Of a stretch of 64,000 nt of DNA, positions 59,601-64,000 are shown piece by piece. Location of the stretch: the NCBI GenBank assembly GCA_964016885.1, contig OZ024751.1, positions 44,392,001-44,456,000 of the forward strand, written 5' to 3'. The position numbers and the translations under genes are program-made. The notes below the pieces were generated by a model, which saw nothing but the letters and a program-made list of their open reading frames with translations, was not told the origin of the DNA and did not search any database. How positions within the stretch are numbered: position 1 is the first letter of the stretch; every line of letters starts with the position of its first letter. Source of the stretch: Eledone cirrhosa. Its lineage: Eukaryota.

Positions 59601-61086
59601 CGCAAAACATGTTGTCCGTCCGACGCTCTAGCGATTCTGCTAATCCACCGCCTTAATACACAGACTTATAATGGTTTTCAGAAATCTAGAAAACATATTG
59701 TATTACATTTACCTATTGTGATTTCAGATTTTTTAAAATTTAACAGAGTATTAGGAACATTGGTTATATTTACAAATTTGATTTAAGCTTCAGAAATATT
59801 GATATATGATGTATTTATATACATGTCATGTGTATGAAATTTCTTATTGGAATGTATCACCTGAGATGTATTGAATTAAGATTACGTGTTTTGATATTTG
59901 ATATTGATACTTAATACACAGAAATTTTATAGTTATTGTTTTGAAATGCACAGGAATTCAAACCTGCAACCTCTAAAAACTTTAATGGGGTGTACCATGA
60001 AAAAAAGTGCACCCAAACGGGGAGAAATAAGGCCAAATGGAGAGATTTTACATAATGAAACCTATACCAATTTTCATAAAAGAAGACATCGTTCACCCAC
60101 CCCAAAGTGGGTGGGAGATCTCCCTGTCCGACGAGGAGAGTTGACATACCTGGAAATGTTCCTCACATAAACATACAGTCATATCTAAATACACTTTTAG
60201 ATAATAGATTTTGGATTCGAATTTATGACGAATTAGATCAAACTATCTATGATTAGTTTACGTGAAAATTGAATTAATCCTCCCCTTACTTTCATTAAAT
60301 TAATTTAAATAGAAGTAAGCCATGGGCTCTTTAGTCATTCTGGCTCTACAAACCTTAAAAAAATAAATTCAACTCGCTCTTCCTCGCATTTAATTATCCT
60401 TTGCTTATCTATATATGAACTCCTGATAATGTCGTAGTGGTGCTGTTGTGACACACCACGTGTCTTAGCGTGTTAAACGTGATGCAGTCTATCCCCTCTC
60501 TAGGTGTAAACACAGCCCATCTCTTCCAGAGAAGGCAGAGAGAGAGAGAGAGAGAGAGTGAATATGAGATATAGAGGAAGAACCAATTTCAGTACTGGAC
60601 TGAACATTTTGAACGTCATTGAAAGGACAAAAGGCAAAAACTAATCTCGGTGGGATTTGAACTCAAAGCGCAAATAAATATATATATATATATATATATA
60701 TGTGAAAAAATGGGGAGAAGAATACTGCAGGTTGCACATGGATAACATGTTATAAAATGAGTCCCTCATCAGTGATTTGCCAACGATCATAGATATTTCA
60801 TTGCATTAAAAATCATATACCTCACGTTGGTGCAATAATAACTAAATTAAGTTATTAGGACAATTAAAACGCGTAAAGCGAGTGAGACAAGTAACAACAA
60901 AGAGGAAAGCTAACCGTAGATAGGAAGAGGCACAAGCTACATAGTTATTCTGTCCACATAAGCTGGGTGAATATATGAGCACGTAAAAAATAGACCTTTC
61001 GAGATGAATCCAATGTAAGAAAGAAGGAAATTGTTTTCGTCGCGAACGGGGTGAAGTGAGAAATATATATATATATATATATATAT

Positions 61087-61193
61087 ATAGGAACGAGTAG
61101 GTCCTACTCGTTCCTATTACCCACTCTACTACCCTAAGTATTGAGTACTTTGGTGCGTTATGGTCCACCTGGTTCCTTATCACATTTCCTTCG

Positions 61194-61196
<3 letters not shown>
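61087..61196. mobile_element. Minimal fold-back of family B (15-bp arms, 1-nt loop)
   Basis: ataggaacgagtagg-t-cctactcgttcctat, then a tail near-identical to 43978-44056. Confidence 0.75.
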
Positions 61197-61259
<63 letters not shown>

Positions 61260-61292
61260 GTGAGTGTGTGTATTTGTTTATTTGTGGGTGGT

Positions 61293-61344
<52 letters not shown>

Positions 61345-61899
61345 GGTGTGTATGCGTGTGTATGTGACGGAGAGTGTGCATGTATATGTTTTTGTGAGTG
61401 TGTCTGTGCGTGTATACGTCTGTTTCTGCGCATTTACTAACATATAACTATACAATCTGTGTTCATCAAATATCAAATACTGGTAAACATGTAATCCTAT
61501 GCCAATGGATAGAGAAGTTAGGATAGGTTGATCATGTAAGCTTAATATTGTTAACAATTCTTAGTATCACAGGTGATACATTCCAAGGGCAATATTATAT
61601 ACATGACATACTTTATCGTGGATGATAATATCTATTCAATAGGTATTGAGTACTTTAATATTAACATTGGTTTAAGGTGGGAGAGAATTGACATATTCTA
61701 AGGCTTTCATGTCCCAATTAATGCGATTATAGTTACTTAACATATCAAAAGTGAGGCAAAGATGCTGGTCCCACATAGAAGATCACCCTACAATAAATAA
61801 CAAGCAAATCACAACAAAATGTTTTTTAAATAAGGGAAGGACAAATTAGAAGATCTAGTCCCTGATATTATGATAAGACTGGGGCTTCATAATTAAAAC

Positions 61900-62400
61900 A
61901 CACGAGAAACCTACTATTAGATTCAATCTCGTACGAGACCAGTTAAACCTACATAGATGTGACTGTAACAGAAACAGGATAGAACTAAAATATGCGAAAC
62001 CCTGTCATTAGATGCAATCTCGTACGAGGCCTGCTAAACCTATTGGATGTGAGTTATAATAAAAACAGGGCAGAACTGGGGACCCGAATACTAAGATATT
62101 GGGGAAACCTGCTAATAGATGCAATCTCGTACGTGGCCTGTTAAATCCATATAGATGTGAACTGTAACAAAAAAACAACAACAACAACAAAAAATAAACA
62201 AACAGTAGAGAACTAGGGCCCCTAACATTAAAACACTCGTGAAACCTCATATTAGAGACATGCCAATTAATCCTACATAAATGTGAACTGTACCAATCAT
62301 ATAATAGACATAGTCCCCCGATCACTAAAATATTCGAGAAACCTGCCATTAGATGCAACCTCATACGAGGCCAGCTAAACCTACAGAGATGTAAACTGTC
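61900..62400. repeat. Degenerate tandem repeat, ~5 units of 85-130 bp
   Basis: gaaacct..attagatgcaatctcgtacgaggcc..taaacctacatagatgtgaactgt recurs at ~61906, 61996, 62104, 62241 and 62337. Confidence 0.7.
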
Positions 62401-62859
62401 AAAATTTAGCGTCTTTTAATTGAACGTCTTGAAATAAAAAATATTATCTCTTTCTGCTATCATAACGTTATCGTGATGCTCGGTTTACTTAGGGAGATAT
62501 TTTCTCAGAAATTTCAGCGTGTTTTTAATGTCTCTGGCGATAAAAATAAGAGCTGAAATTATGTGTTCTTGTAGATTATTCGCTTTTATGTACACATTTT
62601 AGTATATGGAATTACTCACAGATGCTATAATGTAGCTTAATAAACTCCTCCCATTTACCTTATAAATTTGGGGGTATATAATTCGTTGGAACACGTTGGG
62701 TATAATATGTAGGAGTATAACCACTATCAGTTAGTCAATATATCGATTTATCGATTTATGATAATTAAATCATCCTTTATTTTCATTGTCCAAAACACAC
62801 ACACGCACAGACACATGCACAAACACATATATATATATATATATACCTATATATATATA

Positions 62860-62942
<83 letters not shown>

Positions 62943-63347
62943 AGATCAAAAGATGGTTAAAAGAGTTCCATGTATTTTATTATGCGCATTTCAAAAACAA
63001 ATATCATCATGCGATGACATTTGCGTTTTCGTCAGATAAAATAGGGAGACATGATATGAAGGTTAAAAAACACTTGTGAATAGTGCAGTTTTAAATCAAA
63101 CTGTAGAGTGCTACTTATCCGATATCTGCATTGCTTTATTGTACTACAATAAAACTCACCTCCTACATATATATATATATCATCTTATTAAGTTCACGAG
63201 GAAACTACATATACACTAAAACGTATCTAGATCCCATTATTGCACCAGTAATACACTGAGGTAATTGCTGGCCTTGTGCCAAAAGTAGAAACAATTATTA
63301 AATCTATGTCAAGATTTAAACGTATCTGAAAGTATCTTACGTAGGTC

Positions 63348-63436
<89 letters not shown>

Positions 63437-63736
63437 TCCATATATATATAGATACCCATATATGTGTATGTATCGTTATTTTATTTGTGTCAAGTTAGTG
63501 TCTGAGCCAGATTCAATTTATCTTAAAGTGAACCAATGAAGGTCAAGTTTTAATAATAATAATAATATTAATAAAAGTAATGATAATAATGATAATGATG
63601 ATGATGATGATGATGATGATGATAATGTCAAGTTACTATATCTGTGTCAAGTCAGTTTATGTATGTCAAGTTAACATATCTGGACAAGATTTAGTTTATC
63701 TCAAAATTTCCCAATGCATGTCGCGTTTTTATTATC

Positions 63737-63832
<96 letters not shown>

Positions 63833-64000
63833 CATATATAGATGTGTTTGTGGGTGCATGTGTATGTGTGTATGCATATGTGTGTCTGTGTGAGTGTGTG
63901 AAGTTATTATACATGCGTATCAAGTCAGAGCATGTAGATTAGATCATTAGGTCTAAGTAACTCAAAGAAGGTCAAGTCACTATACAGTATATGAAGGTCA

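Noticed and set aside
60740-60780. CTGATGA on the minus strand
   Set aside because: No paired stem II or downstream GAAA...UH found.
61900-62400. Degenerate repeats with variable spacers (CRISPR-like)
   Set aside because: The units are divergent and the spacers are mutually related, so this is an old tandem repeat.

Overview
AT-rich, microsatellite-saturated eukaryotic non-coding DNA. It is most consistent with a cephalopod (octopus-like) genome; this is inferred from the repeat content and not proven. I recognise no host protein-coding exon, and the many (YI)n/(CV)n/(RE)n ORFs are microsatellite read-throughs. The real coding content is all retrotransposon: several L1/Tx1-like LINE copies (one is a stop-free ORF2 split into two divergent halves by a 5' inversion, 35.6-39.5 kb), a 5'-truncated R4/Dong-like RT+RLE LINE (40.7-43.2 kb), RTE 3' fragments and a Neptune-type Penelope-like (PLE) GIY-YIG fragment. 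There are also many tRNA-derived SINEs, small MITEs and a 5-kb 39-bp minisatellite. The most striking hidden signal is about 20 complete, partial or decayed type-I hammerhead ribozyme motifs (stem I-CUGANGA-stem II-GAAA-palindromic stem III-UH-stem I') from more than 10 unrelated sequence families. They lie in 100-600 bp islands between (TA)n tracts. Many of these islands are head-to-head fold-backs whose short arm ends at recurrent TA microhomologies, and several share a downstream GTCGAGTGCT motif. I interpret them as PLE pseudo-LTR-derived mini-elements that colonise TA microsatellites. All structures were read by eye and none was computed.
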